From Nitrosopumilaceae archaeon (GTDB lineage: Archaea; Thermoproteota; Nitrososphaeria; Nitrososphaerales; Nitrosopumilaceae), in contig CBDCCK010000002.1 in the NCBI GenBank assembly GCA_965214835.1, positions 2,464,001-2,528,000 of the forward strand: a stretch of DNA of 64,000 bases, read 5' to 3'. The notes below the pieces were generated by a model, which was not told the DNA's origin, searched no databases, and saw only the letters and a list, made by a program, of their open reading frames with translations. A program made the translations under genes and the position numbers. Positions within the stretch are counted from its first letter, which is position 1. The number at the start of each line of letters is the position of its first letter. Below, one piece after another: positions 40,639 to 49,786 of the stretch.

Positions 40639-41541
40639 TCACGCTCCTCCTAGCTGCCCATATGCATCCTTTGCGGCGGCAGTGATCTTCTCGCGCAACA
40701 GCATGCTGCCATCTAGGAACTCCCTCGGATCCACCTCCAAGAACCCACAATCGCCACGCTTCAACATCCGTTTTTCCTTGGACTGCATGACTATCTTACG
40801 TCCCCTCCGGCCGACACAGTTTGGACTCTCGCACCGGGGCATGTTTACGGCATCCTCAAACGCCCTTTCCAGATTTGAGATGCACCTGTCTTGGCTGCCC
40901 TCATACCAGCCATACTGCTTTACGCCGTATGCAATGCCATGATACAACACACGCATCGGACTCTCTCCACCACGAAGATCCCGTGGGTTCGGAATGACAT
41001 CAGAATGCATGTCTGAGACGCTCCAGCAGTTTGACTTTGTGATCACGCACGACAGGGGGGCAAAAAACTCTGATTTCTCGGACATCGGGGCCGTCATTAT
41101 CCCGTACTTTTTGCTCAGGCCCAGGATGAAAGGCACGCCACGTTTTTTTACCATCTTTCTGGCATCCTTGAGCGCCCCAGTTAGTTGGAGTCTTCCCTCT
41201 GAAATGAATCTCAGGTGCCCGTATTTGATTATTCCATTTGCCAGAAAGTCATGCATCCTCGGGATCATTTCGTCGACTGTGTATCTGGCCCATCCTACGT
41301 TGTCCCAGAACTCTCCTTCTAGCTCCCTCTCGAGTCCGGCCCGACTGGAATTCTTCTTTGCCACCCCACACACAAACACGTGGATGTCCCTTGGATCAGA
41401 AAGGGCAACCATGTTCCCGTCCACGTCCTCGCCTATGCGAACTGATATGTCATGCTTTTCGGACATGCGCAGGGCGTCTTCAAGTACGCTCCTGATTTTT
41501 GCCCCGTCCCATGAGGAATCGACACGCCCGTAGGATCTCAC
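40639..41541 (-). CDS. hypothetical protein
   Basis: 300-aa ORF with globular composition, no family recognised. Confidence 0.65.
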   Translation of the reverse strand: MRSYGRVDSSWDGAKIRSVLEDALRMSEKHDISVRIGEDVDGNMVALSDPRDIHVFVCGVAKKNSSRAGLERELEGEFWDNVGWARYTVDEMIPRMHDFLANGIIKYGHLRFISEGRLQLTGALKDARKMVKKRGVPFILGLSKKYGIMTAPMSEKSEFFAPLSCVITKSNCWSVSDMHSDVIPNPRDLRGGESPMRVLYHGIAYGVKQYGWYEGSQDRCISNLERAFEDAVNMPRCESPNCVGRRGRKIVMQSKEKRMLKRGDCGFLEVDPREFLDGSMLLREKITAAAKDAYGQLGGA

Positions 41542-41844
41542 AGCAAAATATCACATGCATGTTATTTAACCTCTTAAAAATCGGAACCGACAGTGCCATA
41601 CGACGCGGAGAGGCCACGTCTCATCTCCCTTCCTCCTTGCCGGCCAGGAGTAAAAACCACAGCTGCAAAGCAGCAGGGTTGGCTTGAGATTGCCAGATTC
41701 AAATAACGCACAGGCAACCTGCACCAAATCGACAGATCAGGATGCCTGCAGATAACAGATCGTCTGCAAGCCACCTGGCAGGCGTGCAGAAAAATCCAGG
41801 CGTCTGCGGTTCCTGATTCCGGATCACCCCAGCCCCTGTTTTGC

Positions 41845-41952
41845 GCAGCTTAGCAGGCTCTAAAAGCCGTCTCTGATTTCAGGCACAAATTCTATTTGAT
41901 TGGCATCACCAGTAGTAAAATCCATGCCTGAACTTCGAGCCCGAGCTGTTAT
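41845..41952. mobile_element. degenerate MITE family A copy
   Basis: CTGATTTCAGGCAC core and CCTGAACTTCGAGCCCGAGCTGTTA end. Confidence 0.6.
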
Positions 41953-42047
41953 CTTTGAGCCGGCTCCTGTATCCATAGCCTGTCATCTTGAACGTCTTGA
42001 CCACGAGAGTCGATCCAAAGTTTGCTAATTTTGAGTCGCCTTCCTGC

Positions 42048-42803
42048 TCAGGTAGATGCGCGATCTTCTGCGGGAGCTCCTTCCCGGGAGGTGGCCGCCT
42101 GCGTGTCCTGTAGCCGGCCACTCTTGGAGAGGAATGCACGCACGTCACACGGATATGTGACCCGTAGCCTGCCACGCGTTATGATCCCCATGTACTCGTC
42201 AAGCGTGACATGATCCCCGTCGTTTGATATGAAGAGCACGTTGTGGTCTCCTGCAAGCGTTGCGGCCTGGGCAAGCAGCAGGGCGTCTCCCCCCCTGCCG
42301 GCCTCCCTGCACAGACCGTCCAGGATCCCCCTCCTTTCATCCCGCCTCATGCGCCTTATGCCGCGTTCGCTGTACTTGTGGCCGTACTTCCTGTGGATCC
42401 AGTCGACGGCCTCGTCGGTATCCGGATGGTTCCGCATCCACAGCTGCCTTCCGGTGATGTTTTCCAGCATCTCCCTGTGACTGCCTATCCTGTTCGTATA
42501 GTCCTCAAAGCCCTCTGCCTCGATCCTCTCTCTTATCTCGTTCATCCTGTCCGTTCCCGCGCCGTCAAACACCACTCCCCTCTTCCTGTTGGACTGCCCG
42601 TCCTCCGACCATGTGACGTGTTTTTCCAGCTGGCTTGCGCTGGTCTTGAAGAGGATCTTCTTCTCGTTCCTCAGCACCGACCCCAGGCCCTGCACTAGGA
42701 CCGCCTCCTCCGCCTCCCTCCGGCTCCGCAGGTTCTGCCTGCCGAGATAATAAAGCAGCGTGCTAGTGTCAAAGGATACCAGCAGCTCCGACCTTACAGC
42801 CAT
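42048..42803 (-). CDS. PIN-domain-like protein
   Basis: VSFDTSTLL, GDALLLAQA, FISNDGDH match the PIN acidic pattern. Confidence 0.65.
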   Translation of the reverse strand: MAVRSELLVSFDTSTLLYYLGRQNLRSRREAEEAVLVQGLGSVLRNEKKILFKTSASQLEKHVTWSEDGQSNRKRGVVFDGAGTDRMNEIRERIEAEGFEDYTNRIGSHREMLENITGRQLWMRNHPDTDEAVDWIHRKYGHKYSERGIRRMRRDERRGILDGLCREAGRGGDALLLAQAATLAGDHNVLFISNDGDHVTLDEYMGIITRGRLRVTYPCDVRAFLSKSGRLQDTQAATSREGAPAEDRAST

Positions 42804-43152
42804 GCGACACCAGCACAGGTCATCGTCTGGTATGGCAGAGGATGCGGTAAAAACATTGCGAGGGTCATGGTATGGGTCAGCCCGCCGGACTCTTCGGCCG
42901 CGGCTGCCCGGATGCATTGCATGCGGGATTGTGAGGCGCCGCTACTTCAACCTCATAAAAAATCAATTAGGCAGGGGCCAACCTATTGCCACGCCGACTT
43001 TGCATGAATCCATGTGGATTCTCAGGGATTCGCACGTCATGAGCCGCCTTTTTCTGCCGGACCGCCACGGCGCCGCACTTCCGGATCTCACAATACAGGC
43101 AGCGCTCCCTCAAGCACTGTTGATTCGCGCCGCGTCCTTTGCATCAAGGAGA

Positions 43153-43710
43153 TCAAGCCGCCGCCTGACCCCTGCAGGCATGCCACGAACCGACGGAGCC
43201 GCGACTCTGCAGGTTCCGGGCCTGCCAGCGCGGATGCCCCCCGCGCATCCTGACGCCTACCACACTGGCCTGCCCGGATGCAAGCTCCGACATCAGCACG
43301 GCCCCGAGGACCTTCAGATCGTCGACGGAGCCGCCGGTGATCCAGCACAGGTTGTGGTGCGGACAATACGTACCAGTATCCATTGCAGTTACCCCGTTTC
43401 TGCTCAGATCGGCAGGCAGCAGCTTGGGCCTGCAGGCAAGGCCCAGGATGTATCCCGTCAATCGTTCTGTGCCATTTTGACGGGTTTCTCTTGGCGGTGT
43501 ACCTCCCCCCCGAGCGCCCCCTTGCGGGAGCGCAGATACGCCTCCGTCCACGGGTATCGATCCAGCCTTACCACGGTGCCGTCATCCTCAAACGGGCTGA
43601 GCATGTGGCTGCCCGACCGGCGGATTCTTCCGTTGCGGATGTCGCCTGAATGGACTATAGACACAAGGCGGTCTTCCTCCACCGTGGGGCGTGGCCCCAC
43701 ATGCGCATCA
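43153..43710 (-). pseudogene. C-terminal remnant of an Eco57I/PaeR7I-like N6-adenine methyltransferase (TaqI_C-like region)
   Basis: PFEDDG.VV.LDRYP..AYL, frameshift, then PKLL..D, PHHNLCWIT, DL.VLGA.LMS, VRMRGG..RWQA..L; no N-terminal catalytic part. Confidence 0.65.
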
Positions 43711-43746
43711 CAAGCGTTAAAAATCGGGCCTCCCAGCCATACCAAC

Positions 43747-44418
43747 ATGGAGCGCATCCGGATCTTTTTGAGTCATGCAGCAGAGGACCGGATTGCTGCC
43801 AGGCGCCTGGGAGAGATGCTGACAGGGCAGGGTTTTGACGTGTTTGGAGCAGGCGATGATTTGGCGCTCAAAAAGGATTGGGAGGACGATATAAAGGATC
43901 TAATAGAAAAGTGCTCCATGTTCGTGGCGCTGCTGTCTGAGAACTTTAAAAACTCGGACTTTACGGATCACGAGGTCGGAATCGCCGTAGCGTACGACAG
44001 GAAGATATTTCCGGTCAGCCTTGATCATGTCACGCCCTATGGCTTTATGTTCGGGTTTGGGGACTCGCAGAAAATTGATCCGGGGATTGATCCGGATGAG
44101 GTGTCGGTGCTTGCACGGGCCATGAGATCGCTTCATGACGAGGATCGAAAAGCGATCGACGGGCTGATAGAGGAGATGCGCCGCGCCGACTCGGCTGAAG
44201 ACGCCGGCGCGGCAGCCTATGTGCTGTTTGAACACACCGCATTCTCCCCAAAGCAGATCAATGGCGTCGCCGCTGCGTTTCTTGAGAACGACAACATCAG
44301 CGGCAGCTGGATGGCAGAACCCGTGTGCCTGACCTTTCTCAACAGCAATTGGGATTTGATAGACCCCAGATACCGGGACGAGCTGAGCCAGATACACCCA
44401 GATCTGGGCCATTCCTGA
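43747..44418 (+). CDS. TIR-domain protein (223 aa)
   Basis: IFLSHAAED, VALLSENFKNSDFTDHEVGIA (putative catalytic Glu), IFPV. The 552-aa ORF call is over-extended upstream. Confidence 0.85.
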   Translation: MERIRIFLSHAAEDRIAARRLGEMLTGQGFDVFGAGDDLALKKDWEDDIKDLIEKCSMFVALLSENFKNSDFTDHEVGIAVAYDRKIFPVSLDHVTPYGFMFGFGDSQKIDPGIDPDEVSVLARAMRSLHDEDRKAIDGLIEEMRRADSAEDAGAAAYVLFEHTAFSPKQINGVAAAFLENDNISGSWMAEPVCLTFLNSNWDLIDPRYRDELSQIHPDLGHS

Positions 44419-44807
44419 ACGGGGATGCCGGGCAGGACGGCCCGGCGCGGCCGCCTAGACCAGGGCAGCATGCATCTGACCATGCCCCTGATCATCGGAT
44501 CCGTGCAGCCCGGCAGACTCCCCCTGTGAATCCGAGACAGGCTTCCCTTCCGGCATGAATCCCATGAATCGGGTCATCGGCGGCGGGCGGATCCGCTCAT
44601 GCGGATCATGTGAGGCACGGCCGGCCGTCATCCACACCCAGGATCAGGGATGGCCTCCAGAGCCCGAGCTGCTGCAGGCGGGGGATTTTACGCTGCTGCC
44701 GGTCGCAGGAGCGCTTGTCTTGGCTGCCAGAAGAAATCGTGCAGATGCGGATTTGCCGGTCCGCGGCAGGGTCTGGGTGGCTTCTGGAGGTCTTGTACTT
44801 CCGTCTA

Positions 44808-45222
44808 CTAGTCTGCCTCACACTCGACGCGCCGATGCCCGGAGACCCCGCTTCTGCGGCGTTGCTCCCTCACCGATTTAAACGCCGCAGCCAGCTTGTA
44901 CATTCTCCCTTCGGACATCTTGCTTCCATGGTACAGCTCAAACAGCGCCCCCATGCTTCGTTTTGACCCCTTCCTGTCATTCCACGCCAGCGTCTCGCAG
45001 TACATCTCCTCCATATACAGGTCCCCCAGGATGGTACGGCTGTTCAGGAAACGCCTCAGACTCCTCCGCCTGCCGGGATCCGGCTCGTACACGTCGATTA
45101 TGATCTCTCCCCTGCCGGGCACTGCATTCTCGCCGACGGTCACCGTCTCATGCCTGTATCCGCCCTCGCCATCAAAGACATACCGGGACAGCCTGTTCTC
45201 GTACCTGAAGCTGACACTCAAT
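44808..45222 (-). CDS. hypothetical protein, start uncertain
   Basis: Only the C-terminal half of the 260-aa ORF has protein-like composition. Confidence 0.4.
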
Positions 45223-45606
45223 GTGCAGATACAAGATCGCCTCCGCTTGTAAACGTTTATGCGGCGCTTCTGGGATCGATGGAGGGCCGGGGAGGCAGCC
45301 TTGGTGAAAATTTGAAGGCTTGGCCGGCCATACAAAAAACATTTCTGCGTGCGGTGATTGCGGTCTGACTGTGTTCGCGCCGCCTCCGGATGGACCGGCA
45401 AGATGGTCTGGGCCCGGTTGTCGCCCGGTACGCGAGTCACATCTGATATGGATGATGCCGGCACATCTGATTTTATGCCGTTTGGGGGGGGTTCCTGCAT
45501 CCGAATGGCCGCCGTCATGTTGCCTGCAGGCAGACACCCGGTACCGGGGCGGGCGGGGCCAGATGCGCCCCGATCCGGGGAGGCTGGCAAAAAAAAGTGG
45601 AGGATT

Positions 45607-46059
45607 CTAGTAATCCAGGATCACGGCACCCGCGTCGATGAGCCTCTGCATCTTTGGCATCTTCGGGTGCGAGTCGATCTCTATGCCCGGAAGCAGGTCG
45701 CCAGGACTCATGCCTGCCATTGCAATGCAGCGCTCGCACGCAATCACCCTTCCCCCAGAAGACATAAAGTCGACCATCATCTGGCTTGCCGGCTGCAGGA
45801 TCTGCTCGGGCTTGCCGGCGCCCGCCCTCACCCCGTCCACGTCCAGGAGTATGGCCACGTTTTTGCCGGAATCCAGCATCGCTGCTGCGTGCTGGACACC
45901 CATCATCACGCGGTGGCCCTCATCGGACGCTATGTGGATCAGCACCGGTCTGGCATGCGCGTCTGCCTCCTGCTCCTGGGCCGGAAACGCGGCCACGGCC
46001 ACCAGTAGGACGGCCGCAAAGGCCGGGACTGCCAGCGAGTATTTCATAACGGACTTCAT
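45607..46059 (-). CDS. DsrE/DsrF-like protein with signal peptide
   Basis: Hydrophobic N-terminus, VAILLDVDGV, GG.VIACERC...AG. Confidence 0.8.
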   Translation of the reverse strand: MKSVMKYSLAVPAFAAVLLVAVAAFPAQEQEADAHARPVLIHIASDEGHRVMMGVQHAAAMLDSGKNVAILLDVDGVRAGAGKPEQILQPASQMMVDFMSSGGRVIACERCIAMAGMSPGDLLPGIEIDSHPKMPKMQRLIDAGAVILDY

Positions 46060-46225
46060 TGGTAACCGTTGCACCCAATGATAATAAACCGGATTGGAGG
46101 CTTTGTAAACGAAGAAGATTTGCAAAATGCATTATTACAAAAAGCATTTTCGAGTTTAAGACGATTACAGAACCAACTAAAAAAACGATGAAATTCGAAA
46201 TAAAATTTGCCAAATAGGATAATAG

Positions 46226-46336
46226 GTAACAGCTCGGGCTCTGGAAGTTGTTCCTGACTTCAGGCACGAATCTGCCCAAGAGGGATCTTCAAGGTAGCAA
46301 AACTCACACCTGAACTTCCAGAGCCCGAGCTGTTAC
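46226..46336. mobile_element. MITE family A, best-preserved copy, 8-bp TSD GATAATAG
   Basis: TIR GTAACAGCTCGGGCTCTGGAAGTT / AACTTCCAGAGCCCGAGCTGTTAC; GATAATAG on both sides. Confidence 0.9.
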
Positions 46337-46342
46337 GATAAT

Positions 46343-46420
46343 AGACCTTGTGCGTAATCGGTGCAGATCAGAAAAATCAGGCAGCTTTCATGTCATTTTT
46401 GGCAAATACGCGTAAAGTCT
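46343..46420. mobile_element. MITE family B (78 bp), related to the IS5-type element ends, AAT TSD
   Basis: AGACCTTGTGCGTAATCGG...TACGCGTAAAGTCT; second copy at 55940..56017. Confidence 0.8.
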
Positions 46421-46438
46421 AATCCATGTCCCACACAC

Positions 46439-46666
46439 CTATTTGAGTCCAAATTTCTTTTTTACGTCATTATGTGATATGATGCGACCAGCTTTGACGT
46501 CTTCTAGTCCTTTTTGTACATCTGCAAGCTCTTGTTCAGTTAGAGTTACATCCTTGTTGTAGTGTTCCAGAATACGTACTACTACGCTTTCCAGGGATTC
46601 CTTTGGATAGTTGCGGTGACTTGCAAGCTCTTCTTTAACTTCCAGGGACAGTTTTACTGTACTCAT
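46439..46666 (-). CDS. putative antitoxin (archaeal RelB-like), apparently orphan
   Basis: STVKLS.EVKEEL, ES.E.VV.RIL, GLEDVKAGRI.S..DVKKKFGL. Confidence 0.75.
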   Translation of the reverse strand: MSTVKLSLEVKEELASHRNYPKESLESVVVRILEHYNKDVTLTEQELADVQKGLEDVKAGRIISHNDVKKKFGLK

Positions 46667-46737
46667 TTATACTACAATACACCATAGTGCAGTATGGTAT
46701 AATAACACGATCACTCGTGCCTAAAATACGCTTGTTT

Positions 46738-46846
46738 GCAACAGCTCGGACTCGAAGTTCGGGCGTGAGTTTTACTGCCTCGTAGGGGTTCCCGGGCAGA
46801 TTCATGCTTGGAATCAGGAAACGCCTTACAGAGCCTGCACTGTCGC
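46738..46846. mobile_element. degenerate MITE family A copy
   Basis: GCAACAGCTCGGACTCGAAGTTC left end, CAGAGCC..CTGTCGC right end. Confidence 0.6.
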
Positions 46847-46906
46847 AACAAATCAAATTCCGAGTAAGTCATGCCGGCAAACCTCCTGACTGCAGGGGGT
46901 TTTTTG

Positions 46907-47017
46907 GTAACAGCTCGGGCTCTGGAAGTTCAGGCACGAATTTTGCCACCAAAAAGGGCCGCTCAAACAGGATTCATGCCTAAAATCAGGAGCAGTTTCT
47001 AGAGCCCGACCTGTTAC
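46907..47017. mobile_element. MITE family A copy at the 3' end of a membrane-protein gene
   Basis: GTAACAGCTCGGGCTCTGGAAG...CTAGAGCCCGACCTGTTAC. Confidence 0.85.
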
Positions 47018-47185
47018 CTTCTGCCTGAACATGAGCAGGAATATGGCAGAGGCTGCAAAGATGCTGATGGCAGGGTAATCTACAATCAGCCAGTATTCGT
47101 TGCTGTCAATTGCCATCCCCACGGATATGACGGCTGCACCAAATGCCAGCAGTCCTACAAACACGGGATGTATTCTGCGCAGCAC
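47018..47185 (-). pseudogene. small two-TM protein, paralog of 56720..56902, C-terminus replaced by MITE sequence
   Basis: VFVGLLA.GA..ISVGM.IDS.EYWL..DY..I.IFA.SA.FLL.FRQK shared with the paralog. Confidence 0.65.
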
Positions 47186-47425
47186 AGGACAGTGCGGCCA
47201 CGACACCATACCTAGGATTTGATCTACCGGATCAAGGAAGCGGTTTGCTGGTGGCGCATGTGACGCAAAGACAGTCATCTTGACTCAGAGCACGTCGAAT
47301 CCGAGTGCATGCGCATCCGTTCGTGGCACACGCGCATCTGATGGACTGGTACGTCACCGTCACTGCGACAGGCGTGCATTTCTTTTATCATGTGCTCAAC
47401 TGCCGATGATCTCAGCCATATGTGA

Positions 47426-47722
47426 CTAGAATTTTTTTGCTTTTTTCATGCTACGTTCTAGTTTTTGACTGGCAGGCCCGGTCCAGAAGAACGAGCCATC
47501 CTTGCCAAACGTGATTTTGCCCTGTTTTTCTAAAATGTCCAGGACGAAGTTAAACGACGGGTATTGCATTCCCTTGGGAAGCATGCTGTACAGCTTGCGC
47601 TTGGTCTCAAACTCTTTGTTTTCGAGGATTAGTTTTTCGACCCGGACAAAACTTCTTAGCGTGGGATTGTGTTTCCTGCTCTTGTCTAGGATATAATCCA
47701 AAATGGCAGTTGGTTTGGTCAT
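47426..47722 (-). CDS. small wHTH-like protein, candidate antitoxin
   Basis: H.PTL....VE, LPKGMQY.SF..VLD.LEK.GKI pattern. Confidence 0.65.
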   Translation of the reverse strand: MTKPTAILDYILDKSRKHNPTLRSFVRVEKLILENKEFETKRKLYSMLPKGMQYPSFNFVLDILEKQGKITFGKDGSFFWTGPASQKLERSMKKAKKF

Positions 47723-47784
47723 TTTGCCTTCAACATGCTGTGCACGCCTGTGATATTTATACATATGTACGTTTATGTACTGTG

Positions 47785-48111
47785 TTAATATTTGAATCTG
47801 TTTTCATAGCTGCTGTGATCAGTTAGCTCCATAAGAAACGCTGACCTTTCTTCCCGAAAAGTTGTGATCGAATAGATCAGCCTCATGCCTTCGGGCAAAT
47901 ACACGTGAAATGCATTATCAATCCCATGTCTTTTTTTGTAGTATTTTGGTATGGTTTTGAATTTTATCCTCTCCCCTGAAATGACATCCTTTTTCAGATT
48001 CTCGATAATCCCTTCAACGTCTTTGAAAACTGCACCTGATTTATCCAAAGATGAGAACACCGGATCAAAATCTTTGTAGTCGCCATACACTTTCATTGAT
48101 GTATGGCGCAA
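47785..48111 (-). CDS. RelE-like toxin candidate
   Basis: IPKYY...GI.N.F...LPEG.RLIYSI...E..DH..YE.RFKY. Confidence 0.65.
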   Translation of the reverse strand: MRHTSMKVYGDYKDFDPVFSSLDKSGAVFKDVEGIIENLKKDVISGERIKFKTIPKYYKKRHGIDNAFHVYLPEGMRLIYSITTFREERSAFLMELTDHSSYENRFKY

Positions 48112-48333
48112 TCAATATCTAATATTGATATCTGAAAAAACATCCAAAAACAACCACCCAAGGCCGTGTCTTTTGTCGTGCTGAATCTCGTGGCTGTAAA
48201 ATTTTCTCAGAAAAAAAACACCGCAAAGCTTGTGAATGCAGCTGACGTAGTAACTATTGGAAGTAACCGATCACAAAAAGGACGGAAAATTTTCATCAAA
48301 GGATCTAAGATCCGGTACAACGTAACAATACAT

Positions 48334-49525
48334 ATGAAACCAGACGACTCGATGATTCCAATCAGGGGCAAGTTTCTTCCCAACGTCTCGGTCCCGTCCC
48401 TCCTTGAGAGGTACAAAAACGAGAGATTCCAAGGCCGCAGCCAGGCTGATGGCCTACATACGGCGCAAAGAAGGCGACTCGATACGCCAGATAGCCAGGC
48501 AGCTCGGCCGGGGGTACTCTACGATACGCGACTGGCTGATACGGGCCATGCAGCCTGGCATACGGGGCAGGTACGACATCAAGAGGCCCGGCACCAAGAT
48601 GTGGCCGGATGTAGGGAATCTCAGGCAGGTGCGCGCCGACCCGGTTGCGGGCCCGCGCAGCTGCGGATTCGAGTCGGAGGTGTGGGCCGCACCGCTGCTT
48701 GCGGTACACATCAAAAAGAAATACAAGGTAGACTATGACGTCTCCAGCGTATACAAGATACTGCACATGCCTGGGCTTTTCATGCAAAAAGCCCGCCGCC
48801 CAAAACACCCAAAATCAGCCTCAGAATCCGAGAAAGAGGAGTTCAAAAAAAAAGCTAGGTGGCACGTAAGGTACCATTCAAAGAGGGGGTACACGGTAAT
48901 GATGGGAGACGAGGCCTAGTTCATCCTTGGGTGGAACGTCAAGAACAGCTGGCATCCCGTGGGAAGGCCCGGTCTACGCGCCTTCCAACCTGTCAAAGGA
49001 GAGGTTCTATTCGTTCGGTGCCCTGTCGGCAAACGGACTTGACTGCCGCTTTTACAAAAAGGCCAAGTACGCGTTCATCAGGCTTCTCAGGGTGCTGCGC
49101 CGCAAGTACGGCAAGGTGCTGCTGTTTGTCGACAACGCATCGTATCACAGGGCCGCACTGGTCGGGGAGCAGCTGGCAGAATGGAATGGTGATGTGGCGC
49201 CAAAGTTCCTGCCGCCGTACACGCCAGAGCTGAGCTCGATCGACCTAGGACAAGCGCTTTAGGGTCTTCCTAGACTGGTTCCTGCCGCCGTACACGCCAG
49301 AGCTGAGCTCGATCGACCTAGGACAAGCGCTTTAGGGTCTTCCTAGACTGGTTCCTGCCGCCGTACACGCCGGAGCTGAGCTCGACAGAGGGGCAGTGGC
49401 GCGGGTTCAAAAAGGCGACTGCAAACCGCCTGCATCAGACCGTCGGCGAGATGCAAAAGTCTATACGCGTCATGTTGCGCAGGGACGAGATCAAGATCTG
49501 CAAGATGAGTGATTATCTCAGCTAG
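48334..49525 (+). pseudogene. degraded IS630-family transposase
   Basis: HTH, A-run slippery site at ~48844, DEA then TAG, DNASYH, FLPPYTPEL; frameshifts and internal duplication. Confidence 0.85.
49205..49385. repeat. three 35-nt repeats separated by two identical 38-nt inserts (period 73)
   Basis: GTTCCTGCCGCCGTACACGCC(A/G)GAGCTGAGCTCGA at 49205, 49278 and 49351. Confidence 0.95.
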
Positions 49526-49786
49526 ATACTATGGCCATAGATGGGCAGACCGGGGAGGAGTATCATGTCAGATAGGGGGTGAGCTACTTTTCGGATCCCA
49601 CAAGCAGACCGGGGGGAGTCAATCTTCATATAAGACAACTGCAAGAGCAGGGCATGCCAATCCACCTGTATTCGTGTCCTAGGAGCCTGTTTTGGCGCAT
49701 GACGTATTCAATGCAGAACACACATGCGGCAGCCTGCCTGCCATGTCGCATGAAGATGTAAAAGAGTTCTGGAGAACACGTGTTTT

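Noticed and set aside
42760-43746. N-terminal 329 aa of the 552-aa ORF
   Set aside because: Overlaps the PIN gene start and the antisense MTase remnant; the TIR gene plausibly starts at ATG 43747.
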